In this document: one piece after another, positions 37,199 through 46,761 of the stretch
Layout of the letters: each line of letters starts with the position of its first letter
Position numbering within the stretch: position 1 is the first letter of the stretch
Assembly (NCBI GenBank): GCA_964569045.1
Contig: CAZMSR010000001.1
Location: 66,593-130,592 of the forward strand
Origin: an uncultured Gammaproteobacteria bacterium
GTDB taxonomy: Bacteria; Patescibacteriota; Patescibacteriia; Patescibacteriales; BS150m-G62
Direction: 5' to 3'
Length of the DNA stretch: 64,000 nt
Translations under genes and position numbers: made by a program
The notes under the pieces: model-generated
Databases searched by the model: none
The model's input: only the letters and a program-made list of their open reading frames with translations
What the model was told of the DNA's origin: nothing

Positions 37199-38947
37199 GT
37201 GAGAAAAAAGTTTTGGAATAATTTGTGGGAGTTATTAAAACCATATCATAAAAAAATTAGCGGTGTGGTTTTTTTAATTGTGGTTGTGCAGTGGTTTGGA
37301 GTGATCACACCTTATTTTTTAAAATTAGTAATAGACTTAATAACTAATTTTAATAGCCAAGATATTTTTAGAATATTGGTGCTTACCGGTGCGATTTTTA
37401 TTTCTGAACAATTAGGATCGTTAATTAGAGCATATAGTGATAAAATGTCGTACAATGTACTAGCAAATGTTGAAAATTATTTATCTGTTAGAGCACAGGA
37501 GAAAATGGTTAATCTGAGCTTAGCATATCACGAGCGAGAAAATACCGGAAGCAAAATATCAAAAATTCAAAGAGGGATATATGGAGTATTAGACCTACTT
37601 TCGAATTTTATATGGGAAATTGCTCCAACAATATTTAAGGTTGTGATAACATCAATCGTATTATTTATAACTGATTATAGATTTGGATTGGTTTTTATAT
37701 TTTTTGTCCCAATTTTTTTATATGTGTCTTATAAATATAATTTAAGAGTTTCACCAATGCGCAAGAAGCGTTATGATGCATATGAAAAATCAGCTGGCAT
37801 GATGGCACAATCAATTATTAATATTAATACAGTAAAATCATTTGCCAAAGAAGATTTTGAAATATTGAATTTTAAGAAAAATGCTAATAAAATAACTAAA
37901 AATGCTCTTTATGAGTATGCGTTAAAAGTAAAATATGCTATTGGAAGAAATTTGATTGTCGATTTAGGTAAGGGCTTTGTTCTTTTATTTGGAGTATATT
38001 TAATAGCTAACAATGATATATCTGTTGGAACTTTCGTGTTTGTTTTCACAGTTTCCGACAAGGCGCTTCTTTCGCTTTATAGTATTTCAAGGTTGTATGA
38101 CCGCGTTATGGAAAGCTCTGAGGGGATTTTGCGTTTAAGTACTTTATTTAGCGAAAAAATAGAAATTGAGAGTAAACATGGTGGAAAAAAAGTAAAAAAG
38201 TTAAAAGGATATATTGAATTTAAAAATGTTGAGTTTTCCTATGATGAAACCGGCGCAAGAGCACTACATAATGCAAGTATTAATATTGACGCCGGTGCTA
38301 TGGTTGCTTTAATAGGTCCGTCCGGAGGAGGAAAGACAACTATGGCTAGGATGATTTATAGGCATTATGACCCACAAAAAGGTAAAATTTTACTTGATGG
38401 AATAAATTTAAAAGAATACGATTTGTATAGTATGCGTAAGAGAATGGCAATTGTACCCCAAGAAGTTGAAATATTTAATGCAACCATTAAAGAAAATATA
38501 TCATATGCTTATCCAAAGGCTAGTATAAATTTGGTTAAAAAATCTGCCATGGTGGCTAATGCTCATGAATTTATTAGCTCTATAGAAAATGGTTATAGCG
38601 CAATCGTGGGTGAGCGTGGGGTTAAGTTATCAGGTGGTCAGAGGCAGAGAATAGGCATTGCTAGAGCTATTTTATCTAACCCGGATATTTTAGTTTTTGA
38701 TGAGGCTACTAGCAATCTTGATTCAGAGAGTGAGAATTTGATTCAGAGTGCACTAGAGAAAATTAGCAAAAATAGAACCACTATTGTTATTGCTCACAGG
38801 TTAAGTACTGTCGAAAAGGCAGATAAAATTATTGTTTTAAAAAAAGGGCGCATTGTTGAAGTAGGAACTCATTCAGGCTTAGCCAAGAAAAAAGCCGGTT
38901 TATATAGAGAGCTTTTGAATTTACAACGAATAGGAGAAATCGAATAA
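37199..38947 (+). CDS. ABC exporter, fused permease/ATPase (MsbA-like)
   Basis: Six-TM N-terminal domain. Walker A GPSGGGKTT, signature LSGGQRQR, Walker B ILVFDEATS. The ORF-track start GTG 37157 lies inside the lysC terminator. GTG 37199 follows TGTTATAAT at 37184-37192. Confidence 0.85.
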   Translation: MRKKFWNNLWELLKPYHKKISGVVFLIVVVQWFGVITPYFLKLVIDLITNFNSQDIFRILVLTGAIFISEQLGSLIRAYSDKMSYNVLANVENYLSVRAQEKMVNLSLAYHERENTGSKISKIQRGIYGVLDLLSNFIWEIAPTIFKVVITSIVLFITDYRFGLVFIFFVPIFLYVSYKYNLRVSPMRKKRYDAYEKSAGMMAQSIININTVKSFAKEDFEILNFKKNANKITKNALYEYALKVKYAIGRNLIVDLGKGFVLLFGVYLIANNDISVGTFVFVFTVSDKALLSLYSISRLYDRVMESSEGILRLSTLFSEKIEIESKHGGKKVKKLKGYIEFKNVEFSYDETGARALHNASINIDAGAMVALIGPSGGGKTTMARMIYRHYDPQKGKILLDGINLKEYDLYSMRKRMAIVPQEVEIFNATIKENISYAYPKASINLVKKSAMVANAHEFISSIENGYSAIVGERGVKLSGGQRQRIGIARAILSNPDILVFDEATSNLDSESENLIQSALEKISKNRTTIVIAHRLSTVEKADKIIVLKKGRIVEVGTHSGLAKKKAGLYRELLNLQRIGEIE

Positions 38948-39029
38948 TTAATATAAGCTACATTAATACTTGTTTTTATAAGTAATAGAATCTATTATTA
39001 TAAATATATTGCGTTAAATAAAATGATTT

Positions 39030-40232
39030 ATGGCAATAAGTAAAGCTCGAAACATAAAATTTTCAAATAAAATACTAATAATTATAACTAGGTACTTCCC
39101 ACACCCCTCAGGTCCGGCTGAAGCTATACGGCAGATTACCAATCAAGTTGATACTGTTAAATTTGATTTAATAACCATTAAAGAGGGAAAAGATGAATCT
39201 AGATTTGATAGGATTGATAAAGTTAATGTGCATAGATTTGGAATTGGTAATAAAATGATTGATCAGTATTTGCTTGCTTTTTTTGGGCATATATTTGCTA
39301 AAAGATTGCATAACGATAGACAGTATTCAGCTATTTGGGGTGTTGGGTCTGATTACGGATCATCTGCTGCCGCTTCGTTTAAGCTTAAGAACCCTGATGT
39401 TCCATTTTTATTAACTCTTCAAAATGAAGATGATCCAAAATATTTAAGAAAAAAAATTGGTTTGTTTGATCCTTGGTTTAGAAGAATGTTTGCTTCAGCT
39501 GATAGAATTCAATGTGTAAATGAAGCTTTAGAAGAGTGGGCTAGGCGAATGGGCACAACATGCGAGATCGATGTTGTTCCAAACGGAATAAATTTTGACC
39601 AATTTTATAAAGGTAAATTAAGAGAATTTTATATTGATGACTTAAAGGGTAGACTTGGAATTACTCCAAAAGAAAAGGTTGTAATTACCTCAAGGTTTCC
39701 AAATGTTCGTTGGACTAAAAATTTAATTAAAGCAATAGCATTATTAAAGGATATGGATGGATTAAAAATAAAATTGTTAGTGCATGCACACGGATATATA
39801 AAATGGATTTTGAAAAGAGAGGCTAAAAAAAGAGGTGTATTAAAACAAGTTTTGTTTTTAAGTAAAATTGAACATGATGAAATGCCAAATTATTTATGGA
39901 TAAGTGATTGTTTTATGGCTGCTTCAAAGGTAATTCTGCCAAACACTGCACTTCTTGAGGTAATGGCAGCTAAAGTTCCGATATTAAGCGTAAGGGGATC
40001 TATTATGCCGGATTTTTTTATTGATAGGAAAACCGGTCTTTATTATAATCCAAATGAATCGCTTAGTATTGCCGAAAAAATTAGATTTATATTTGATGAG
40101 ACAGAAATTAGAAACCACGTAATTTTGAATGGAGAGAAAGTGGCAAGAGATCAATTTAGTTATGAGAATATTAAAATTGAAATAGATAATATTTTTGATA
40201 AAATGTTTGATTTATCAAAAAAAGAAAAGTAG
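39030..40232 (+). CDS. Glycosyltransferase (GT-B fold, GT4-like, divergent)
   Basis: ILIIITRYFPHPSGPAE at the N-terminus; C-terminal ALLEVMAAKVPILS; 400 aa. Confidence 0.6.
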   Translation: MAISKARNIKFSNKILIIITRYFPHPSGPAEAIRQITNQVDTVKFDLITIKEGKDESRFDRIDKVNVHRFGIGNKMIDQYLLAFFGHIFAKRLHNDRQYSAIWGVGSDYGSSAAASFKLKNPDVPFLLTLQNEDDPKYLRKKIGLFDPWFRRMFASADRIQCVNEALEEWARRMGTTCEIDVVPNGINFDQFYKGKLREFYIDDLKGRLGITPKEKVVITSRFPNVRWTKNLIKAIALLKDMDGLKIKLLVHAHGYIKWILKREAKKRGVLKQVLFLSKIEHDEMPNYLWISDCFMAASKVILPNTALLEVMAAKVPILSVRGSIMPDFFIDRKTGLYYNPNESLSIAEKIRFIFDETEIRNHVILNGEKVARDQFSYENIKIEIDNIFDKMFDLSKKEK

Positions 40233-40233
40233 T

Positions 40234-40476
40234 ATGAAAAGTATAGCAATTATGAACACAATAGAAAAAATTAAAATTGAGTTGGATAATATTAGACCGG
40301 CTCTGCAATCAGATGGTGGTGATTTAAAATTTGTGAAGTTTAAAGATGGGGTACTTGAAGTTGAATTAATGGGTGCTTGTGTGGGTTGTCCTATGTCGCA
40401 AATTACGTTAAAAGACGGAATTGAAACTCAAATAAAAGAAAAAATACCAGAGGTTAAAGAAGTTATTGCCTCTTAA
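40234..40476 (+). CDS. NifU-like Fe-S cluster scaffold domain protein (Nfu C-terminal type)
   Basis: LQSDGGDLKFVKFKDGVLEVELMGACVGCPMSQITLKDGIE with the CxxC motif. ATG 40234 is preferred over the overlapping 40195 start. Confidence 0.8.
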   Translation: MKSIAIMNTIEKIKIELDNIRPALQSDGGDLKFVKFKDGVLEVELMGACVGCPMSQITLKDGIETQIKEKIPEVKEVIAS

Positions 40477-40526
40477 TTAAAATAAAAAATAGGCTAACAA
40501 ACAAGTTAATAAAAAGTTGTTTTTTT

Positions 40527-41753
40527 ATGTTTATAAAAAATAAAAATATATATTTAGATTATGCAGCAACTACTCCTGTTTCTCCGGATGTATTTAAGGC
40601 AGTAAATAATTGCTATGAAAATATTTTTGGAAATCCATCTTCTCAGCATGCACATGGGCAAGAAGCTTTGGCATTAGCGGATGAAGCTAGAGAGAGAGTT
40701 CAGAAATTTTTTAATTGTGCTAGTGATCAGGTTGTTTTTACTAGCGGTGCAACAGAGGCAAATAATCTATGTTTGCGAGGTGTTTTTAAAAGAGCTCAAA
40801 AAAATGGTATAGCAAAGCCGCATTTTATAACCTCGGCTATTGAACACCCTTCAGTTCTTGAGGTTTTTTATGAGTTAGAAGAAGAGGGTGCTTTAGTTGA
40901 TGTAATAAGTGTTGATCAAGTGGGGCAGGTTAATCCGGATGATATAAAAGCAAGAATTAATAATAATACTGTGTTAGTAAGTCTTATGTATGTGAATAAC
41001 GAAATAGGTGTAATTCAACCAATTAGAGAAGTTGGGAAAATAGTAAAAAAAGTTAATGATAATAGGCTTAAGCATTGGAAGCAATTAAAAGTTAATGAAC
41101 GCGCAAGAAAGCCAAATAGAATATTTTTTCATAGTGATGCTACTCAGGCTGTGCAGTTTTTAAATTGTGATATTGAGTGGAATTATATAGATATGTTAAC
41201 ATGCTCAGCACATAAAATATATGGACCAAAAGGGGTTGGGGTGTTAATAGCAAAGAATGATGCGTTTATATTGCCTTTAATTGTCGGCGGTGGTCAGGAA
41301 AGAGGTTTAAGAGCCGGTACATTAAACGTACCGGCAATTGTCGGTTTAGGAAAATCCTTAGAGTTATTGTCAGAAAAAGAAAAAAAGAAAGTTGCTGAAC
41401 GTATTAGAGTTTATAGGGAGGTCTTAATAAATGAGATTAAAAAATTAGTAAAGGGTGTAAAGATAAACAATGAATTCAGTTGTTCTGTTCCTTCTTTTTT
41501 AAATCTTGCAATAAAAGGTATTGATGCTGAGAGCTTAGCTATAGCACTTGATATGGCCGGAGTCTCAATTTCTGTTGGGTCGGCTTGCACTTCGCATAAA
41601 GTGAAAGAATCAAGTGTTTTAAAATCAATTGGGCTTAAAAAAGATGAAATTAGCTCTTCATTTAGAGTAAGTCTTGGAAAACACACAAAGAAAAATGAAT
41701 TAATGAAGTTCGCAGTTATTTTAAATGAGGTTGTATTAAAGATTAGAGGATGA
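40527..41753 (+). CDS. Cysteine desulfurase (class V aminotransferase, NifS/IscS-like)
   Basis: IYLDYAATTP, SAHKIYGPKGVG (PLP lysine) and SVGSACTS (active-site Cys). Confidence 0.9.
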   Translation: MFIKNKNIYLDYAATTPVSPDVFKAVNNCYENIFGNPSSQHAHGQEALALADEARERVQKFFNCASDQVVFTSGATEANNLCLRGVFKRAQKNGIAKPHFITSAIEHPSVLEVFYELEEEGALVDVISVDQVGQVNPDDIKARINNNTVLVSLMYVNNEIGVIQPIREVGKIVKKVNDNRLKHWKQLKVNERARKPNRIFFHSDATQAVQFLNCDIEWNYIDMLTCSAHKIYGPKGVGVLIAKNDAFILPLIVGGGQERGLRAGTLNVPAIVGLGKSLELLSEKEKKKVAERIRVYREVLINEIKKLVKGVKINNEFSCSVPSFLNLAIKGIDAESLAIALDMAGVSISVGSACTSHKVKESSVLKSIGLKKDEISSSFRVSLGKHTKKNELMKFAVILNEVVLKIRG

Positions 41754-41768
41754 TAATGCTATTTCCAA

Positions 41769-42659
41769 TTAACCATGAGGATGGCATAAATTTTGATTAA
41801 TTGCTTTTATTAGTAATTTATTGGAAAGCCTTGGGTGTCTTAGGGTTTGCCTAGTGACATTATTTACTGAAAGTATTTTTATATCGTCCTTTGGGCTGGA
41901 TTGAAATAAGATTAAGTTTAATAAATATGAAAGGTTTTTAGGGCAAATTTTTGAATTTATTAGTTTTGATATTGCGCTAGTAATATTTTTTGATGAGATT
42001 GAGAGTGTTATAGAGGATCCGCGATTACATAGGCTTATTGCTTGCTTAATTGTTTTTATGTTTGGGTTGTTTAAAGCAATAATATTCGGTCTGCTTGTCC
42101 AAATTGCTTCAAACTTATTATTGTTGCAATATTTATTAAACAATACTTGATGTATTCCATCAATGTAGTTTAGTGGTGATCTGTCAAATAGATAGATATT
42201 TGAATTTAGATTATTAAGTGTCTTAAGAAGGCTATATAGTATTGTTGATGCACAAGTATAATTTGGGCTTATTATGAAGCTAATTGTACCTTGTTTTGAT
42301 AAGTTTAGATTGCGAGTATTTATTGTGTTATTGATTGAATTTATATGGCTTGTAAGTTCTTTTATTGATGGTTCTTTTGAGATTTTAATAAATGCACGAA
42401 TTCCGTTTATTTTATTATATTCTTCATAATTTAATGTGTATGTGATTTTGTTGCAAGAGTAATGTTTAATTTTACTAACTAAACAAAGTCCCTCCAAGAT
42501 GGAGGATTGTTGATTATTATTTAATTCTAGTGTTTCGTTTTCTGTTGCGTTTATGAATTTGACTTCGTTTTGGTTATTACAAATATCTAGATCAATCGTA
42601 TGCGCTAGTGAAAAAATTGCGTAATCAATTATTTTATCTAATATGTAGTTTATTTGCAT
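41769..42659 (-). CDS. Degenerate PilB/PilT/GspE-like protein with all nucleotide-binding motifs lost (candidate pseudo-ATPase)
   Basis: Motif order is retained but residues are replaced. GTISFIISPNYTCASTILYSLL stands where G-x-x-L-V-T-G-P-T-G-S-G-K-T-T is expected. IYLFDRSPLNY replaces I-E-D-P-x-E. SRPNIIALNNPNIKT replaces R-x-x-P-D-x-I-x-x-G-E-x-R-D-x-E-T. RGSSITLSISS replaces T-G-H-x-V-x-x-T-x-H. Confidence 0.4.
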   Translation of the reverse strand: MQINYILDKIIDYAIFSLAHTIDLDICNNQNEVKFINATENETLELNNNQQSSILEGLCLVSKIKHYSCNKITYTLNYEEYNKINGIRAFIKISKEPSIKELTSHINSINNTINTRNLNLSKQGTISFIISPNYTCASTILYSLLKTLNNLNSNIYLFDRSPLNYIDGIHQVLFNKYCNNNKFEAIWTSRPNIIALNNPNIKTIKQAISLCNRGSSITLSISSKNITSAISKLINSKICPKNLSYLLNLILFQSSPKDDIKILSVNNVTRQTLRHPRLSNKLLIKAINQNLCHPHG

Positions 42660-42709
42660 ATTTTAATTATATTATAGCAAAGCGAATAAAATCATGGTAG
42701 ATTATTAAT

Positions 42710-43111
42710 ATGCTGATAAATAATAATTATTTTAGTATATTTATTTCAAATTTGTTTTATTTTGCAAAACTTTTTTTAGAATCCACGTATATGAGATTCT
42801 TTATATATTTGGGAGTATTGAGTAACGTTATGTGCTGGTTTGCAGCATATTATATATACACTAGACTTGAAAATGATCTCGTAATTTTGCATTATAATGT
42901 AGATTTTGGGTTAGATTCTATTGGGCCGGCAATAAAAATTTTTAATTATCCGTTAGTAGGATTTAGTATTATTATTTTTAATATACTTCTTTATATTGTT
43001 TTAGGAAATAGAAGTATGTTTATGGTATTTTTTTTAATTGGAGTTGCAGATTTGGTGAATATTATTATGTTAATGGTGCTAAGTTCTATTTATTTAATTA
43101 ATATTAGTTAA
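42710..43111 (+). CDS. Small integral membrane protein (3-4 TM), unknown function, abuts mraY
   Basis: Hydrophobic segments FFIYLGVLSNVMCWFAAYYIY, LVGFSIIIFNILLYIVL and FMVFFLIGVADLVNIIMLMVL. The stop is 1 nt before the mraY start. Confidence 0.6.
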   Translation: MLINNNYFSIFISNLFYFAKLFLESTYMRFFIYLGVLSNVMCWFAAYYIYTRLENDLVILHYNVDFGLDSIGPAIKIFNYPLVGFSIIIFNILLYIVLGNRSMFMVFFLIGVADLVNIIMLMVLSSIYLINIS

Positions 43112-43112
43112 T

Positions 43113-44156
43113 ATGTTAGATTTTTATATCATTAAAATATTGTTTTTAACTACATTGTCTTTTATGTTTACAGTTATGTGGACTCCTTTGATGACACATT
43201 TTTTGTATAAATATAAAGTTGGTAAGCAGATACGGGACACTGGTAAGACACCGATTTTTTCAAAAATTCATGCCAAGAAAGAGGGTACCCCAACTATGGG
43301 AGGCGTGCTTGTCTGGGGAACAGTTTTAGTCTTTAGTTTACTTTTTTATTTTTTACCTAAAATATTTGAGAGTGAGTATATTAATCAGCTTAATTTTTTA
43401 TCTCGTTCTGAAACTCTTTTGCCATTAGGGGTTTTAATAGCTACAGCTATTGTTGGACTGGTAGATGATTGGGTAGATGTTCGAGGTAATAAGAAGGGCG
43501 GTCTTACTATTGTTCATAGATTATATGTATATACATTAATTGCTGCAATTGGGGCTTGGTGGTTTTATTTTAAGTTGGATTGGGATTTATTTCATGTTCC
43601 TTTTTTTGGAAATTTTGAACTAGGTTGGTGGTATATTTTGGTTTTTGTATTTGTGATTGTGGCTAGCGCTTTCTCAGTTAATGAAACAGATGGTCTAGAT
43701 GGGTTAGCCGGTGGTGCTTTACTTACCTCTTACAGCGCATATGGTATAATTGCATTTTCTCTTGGGAAATATGATTTAGCTGCATTTTGTGGTGTATTAG
43801 TGGGCGCTCTTCTTGCTTTTTTGTGGTTTAATATTAACCCGGCACGTTTTTTTATGGGTGATACAGGTGCTATGAGCATGGGGATAACTTTGGGTGTTAT
43901 ATCGATGTTAACTAATAGTGCATTAATTCTGCCAATTATTGGGTTTGTTTTTGTTCTCGAATCGTTATCGGTAATTATTCAGGTTTTATCAAAAAAAATA
44001 AGAAAAGGTAAAAAGGTTTTTTTATCAGCGCCTATTCATCATCATTTTGAAGCTGCCGGATGGAGTGAGCCTAAGATTGTGATGAGATTTTGGATTATAT
44101 CAGCTGTGAGTGCCGGACTAGGATTGGCTATATTTTTATTAGACATGACACTATAA
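43113..44156 (+). CDS. mraY: Phospho-N-acetylmuramoyl-pentapeptide transferase
   Basis: GTPTMGG, NETDGLDGLAGG, FMGDTGAMSMG and APIHHHFE. Confidence 0.9.
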   Translation: MLDFYIIKILFLTTLSFMFTVMWTPLMTHFLYKYKVGKQIRDTGKTPIFSKIHAKKEGTPTMGGVLVWGTVLVFSLLFYFLPKIFESEYINQLNFLSRSETLLPLGVLIATAIVGLVDDWVDVRGNKKGGLTIVHRLYVYTLIAAIGAWWFYFKLDWDLFHVPFFGNFELGWWYILVFVFVIVASAFSVNETDGLDGLAGGALLTSYSAYGIIAFSLGKYDLAAFCGVLVGALLAFLWFNINPARFFMGDTGAMSMGITLGVISMLTNSALILPIIGFVFVLESLSVIIQVLSKKIRKGKKVFLSAPIHHHFEAAGWSEPKIVMRFWIISAVSAGLGLAIFLLDMTL

Positions 44157-44170
44157 TCAAATTTTTTTGT

Positions 44171-44203
44171 AAAAAATTGGTTAAGCATGGACCAATTTTT
44201 TTT
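44171..44203 (+). terminator. Rho-independent terminator after mraY
   Basis: aattggt (44175-44181) pairs with accaatt (44191-44197). The loop is taagcatgg and ttttttg follows. Confidence 0.6.
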
Positions 44204-44324
44204 GTTGTAATGAGTTAACAAATATTGACTTTGGGTGTAAGGTTAAAGTAAGATAAAAAATTACTAAATAAAAAATGAAATTTATTATTTTGCATTAGAT
44301 TATGTATTTTGAATTTATACTACT

Positions 44325-45332
44325 GTGTTTATAAAAAGAATAGGTATTGACCTTGGTACAACTTATACATTAGTGCATTTGCCAAAAAGAGGAATTGTTG
44401 TTAATGAGCCTAGTATTGTTGCTGTTTCAACTGTTGATAAAAAAATATTGGCAGTTGGGAATGAGTCTCGTGAAATGATTGGTAGAACTCCAGACTCTAT
44501 AATTGCCTTAAAGCCTCTTAAAGATGGTGTAATAGCAGATTATAGGGCAACAGAAGCAATGATGAGGTATTTTATTAACAAGGCGGTTGGTGGTGTTAGA
44601 TTGTTTAGACCTGAAGTTATGGTAGCAGTTCCTGCGGGTATATCATCTACTGAAAGAAGAGCAGTAATAGACGCTACAATTGCAGCGGGAGCTAAGGCTG
44701 CCTATATAATAAAAGAGCCGGTAGCAGCAGCAATTGGTGCTGATATTCCCATTGGATCGCCTTCCGGTCATATGGTAATAGATATTGGAGGAGGTACGGC
44801 AGAAACAGCTATAATTTCACTTGGTGGTATTGTTGTGGCCGAATCTGTTAGAGTTGGTGGCAATAAGTTTGATAGTGCGATTGTTGAATATATTAGGCGT
44901 AAATATAATTTAGCTATTGGAGATCGAACAGCAGAAGAAATAAAGATAAAAATTGGTTCTGCACTTTATTTAGAAAATAAGTTGAGCATGGAGGTTAAGG
45001 GCCGTGATTTAATAACAGGATTACCAAGAACAATAATTGTAAGTAGTGATGATATAACTGATGCATTGCAAAATGAATTAGAAGAAGTGGTTCAGGCTGC
45101 TAAAGATATATTGCACAAAACTCCACCTGAACTTGCTGCAGATATTATGGATAAAGGCATGGTTTTAACCGGAGGCAGTTCGCAGCTAAGGAATATTGAC
45201 CAGTTGCTTGTTAGAACTACAGGCGTTCCGGCTTATATAGCAGATGATAGTGGTTTATGTGTTGCTAAAGGAACAGGTGTTGCATTAAATAATTTAGATT
45301 CGTATAAAAGGAGTATATTTGCAACTAAATAA
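44325..45332 (+). CDS. mreB: Rod-shape-determining actin homolog MreB
   Basis: GTG start. IGIDLGTTYTLV, DGVIADY, EPVAAAIGA, VIDIGGGTAE and VLTGGSSQLRNI. Confidence 0.9.
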   Translation: MFIKRIGIDLGTTYTLVHLPKRGIVVNEPSIVAVSTVDKKILAVGNESREMIGRTPDSIIALKPLKDGVIADYRATEAMMRYFINKAVGGVRLFRPEVMVAVPAGISSTERRAVIDATIAAGAKAAYIIKEPVAAAIGADIPIGSPSGHMVIDIGGGTAETAIISLGGIVVAESVRVGGNKFDSAIVEYIRRKYNLAIGDRTAEEIKIKIGSALYLENKLSMEVKGRDLITGLPRTIIVSSDDITDALQNELEEVVQAAKDILHKTPPELAADIMDKGMVLTGGSSQLRNIDQLLVRTTGVPAYIADDSGLCVAKGTGVALNNLDSYKRSIFATK

Positions 45333-45395
45333 TGAGTTTATGAGTATAACTACTGTTTTGCGTAATGGTTTTTATTTATTTTATTTCTAAATTTT

Positions 45396-46679
45396 ATGAT
45401 TATTGCAATTGATGCCAGTAGAGCAAATCGTAGTCATAAGAGTGGCACAGAGTGGTATTCTTACTATTTGATTAGATGGTTTGCTCGTATAGATAAGCAT
45501 AATCAGTATTTATTATATTCTGATACACCATTAAGAGATGGTTTAGCTGATTTAACAACTGAGCAAGATTTTCAGTATAATTATAAGAATGAGCCTTATT
45601 TTGATAAGGATGGTTATCAAATTATAAAAAGTCCATACAATAATGTGCGTGCTAAGATTTTAAATTGGCCTTTTAAATATTTATGGACTCAAGGTCGTTT
45701 ATCCATTGAAATGATTTTTAATAAACCGGATGTGCTTTTTGTGCCGGCCCATACATTACCATTTATTCATCCTGAAAAATCGATAGCAACAATACATGAT
45801 ATTGGCTTTGCTCATAATGCAAAAATATATGATTGCTGTAAAGAAATTGGTCCTGATAGTCGCGTTTACAAAAAAATACTTAATGCTTTTATAAAATTAT
45901 TTACACTTGGAAAGTGTGGTGTTTCTTCTGTTGAGTATTTGGATTGGTCTACACGTTTTGGTTTAAATAAAACTAGTAAAGTAATAACAATTTCAAATTT
46001 TTCATATCATGATATTATAAATGTTTATGGTGAGAAATACAAAAATAAAATAAAAGTAATATATAACGGCTTTAATGCGGGTATGTATAAGAAAGTTCAT
46101 AATAAGAAAAAAGTCGAGGAAGTATTGAGTAAATTTAATATTGATGAAGATTACATATTTTATATTGGCAGATTAGAAAAAAAGAAAAATATCGAAATTT
46201 TGATTAAAGCTTTTGCAAAATTTAGAGACAAGAATAAAAATATTAAACATAAGCTGGTGTTATCCGGCGATGCTGGGTTTGGGTATAGTGATATTAACTA
46301 TTTGATTAGTGAAAGAGATATTGAAGATGAAGTAATTATGACCGGTTGGGTAGATGAGGCAGATGTTCCATGTTTGTATAATGGTGCATCTGTTTTTATT
46401 TTTCCAAGTAATTATGAGGGTTTTGGAATTCCATTGTTAGAATCAATGGCCTGTGGTGTACCGGTTGCTGCAGCACGATCAACTAGTATACCCGAGATAG
46501 CTGGCAAGGCTGCGTTATTTTTTGATTCTTCGGATCAAGGGGCAATAATTAATGCATTAGAAAAAATAATTTTAAATGAAAAAGTAAGAAAAGATTTAAT
46601 TAAAAAAGGATTTACTCGATCAAATCAGTTTAGTTGGGAAAAATGCGCTAGAGAAACATTGAATGAGTTAGTAAATTAG
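45396..46679 (+). CDS. Glycosyltransferase, GT4 family
   Basis: NYEGFGIPLLESMACGVPVAAARSTSIPEIAG. Confidence 0.85.
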   Translation: MIIAIDASRANRSHKSGTEWYSYYLIRWFARIDKHNQYLLYSDTPLRDGLADLTTEQDFQYNYKNEPYFDKDGYQIIKSPYNNVRAKILNWPFKYLWTQGRLSIEMIFNKPDVLFVPAHTLPFIHPEKSIATIHDIGFAHNAKIYDCCKEIGPDSRVYKKILNAFIKLFTLGKCGVSSVEYLDWSTRFGLNKTSKVITISNFSYHDIINVYGEKYKNKIKVIYNGFNAGMYKKVHNKKKVEEVLSKFNIDEDYIFYIGRLEKKKNIEILIKAFAKFRDKNKNIKHKLVLSGDAGFGYSDINYLISERDIEDEVIMTGWVDEADVPCLYNGASVFIFPSNYEGFGIPLLESMACGVPVAAARSTSIPEIAGKAALFFDSSDQGAIINALEKIILNEKVRKDLIKKGFTRSNQFSWEKCARETLNELVN

Positions 46680-46761
46680 CGCATAGTGGTGCTAAAGATA
46701 GTGAGTATTTATAATGCAATTGCTTGTGATTAACCTAAATGTATAATAAAATTAAGATGTT

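Noticed and set aside
44316-44327. TATACT box immediately upstream of the mreB GTG as a leaderless promoter
   Set aside because: Only 3 nt separate the hexamer from the start codon, which is too short for a TSS at or before the GTG. The 15-nt match to family A explains the sequence better. TTGACT-N18-TAAGAT at 44225-44254 is a more plausible promoter.
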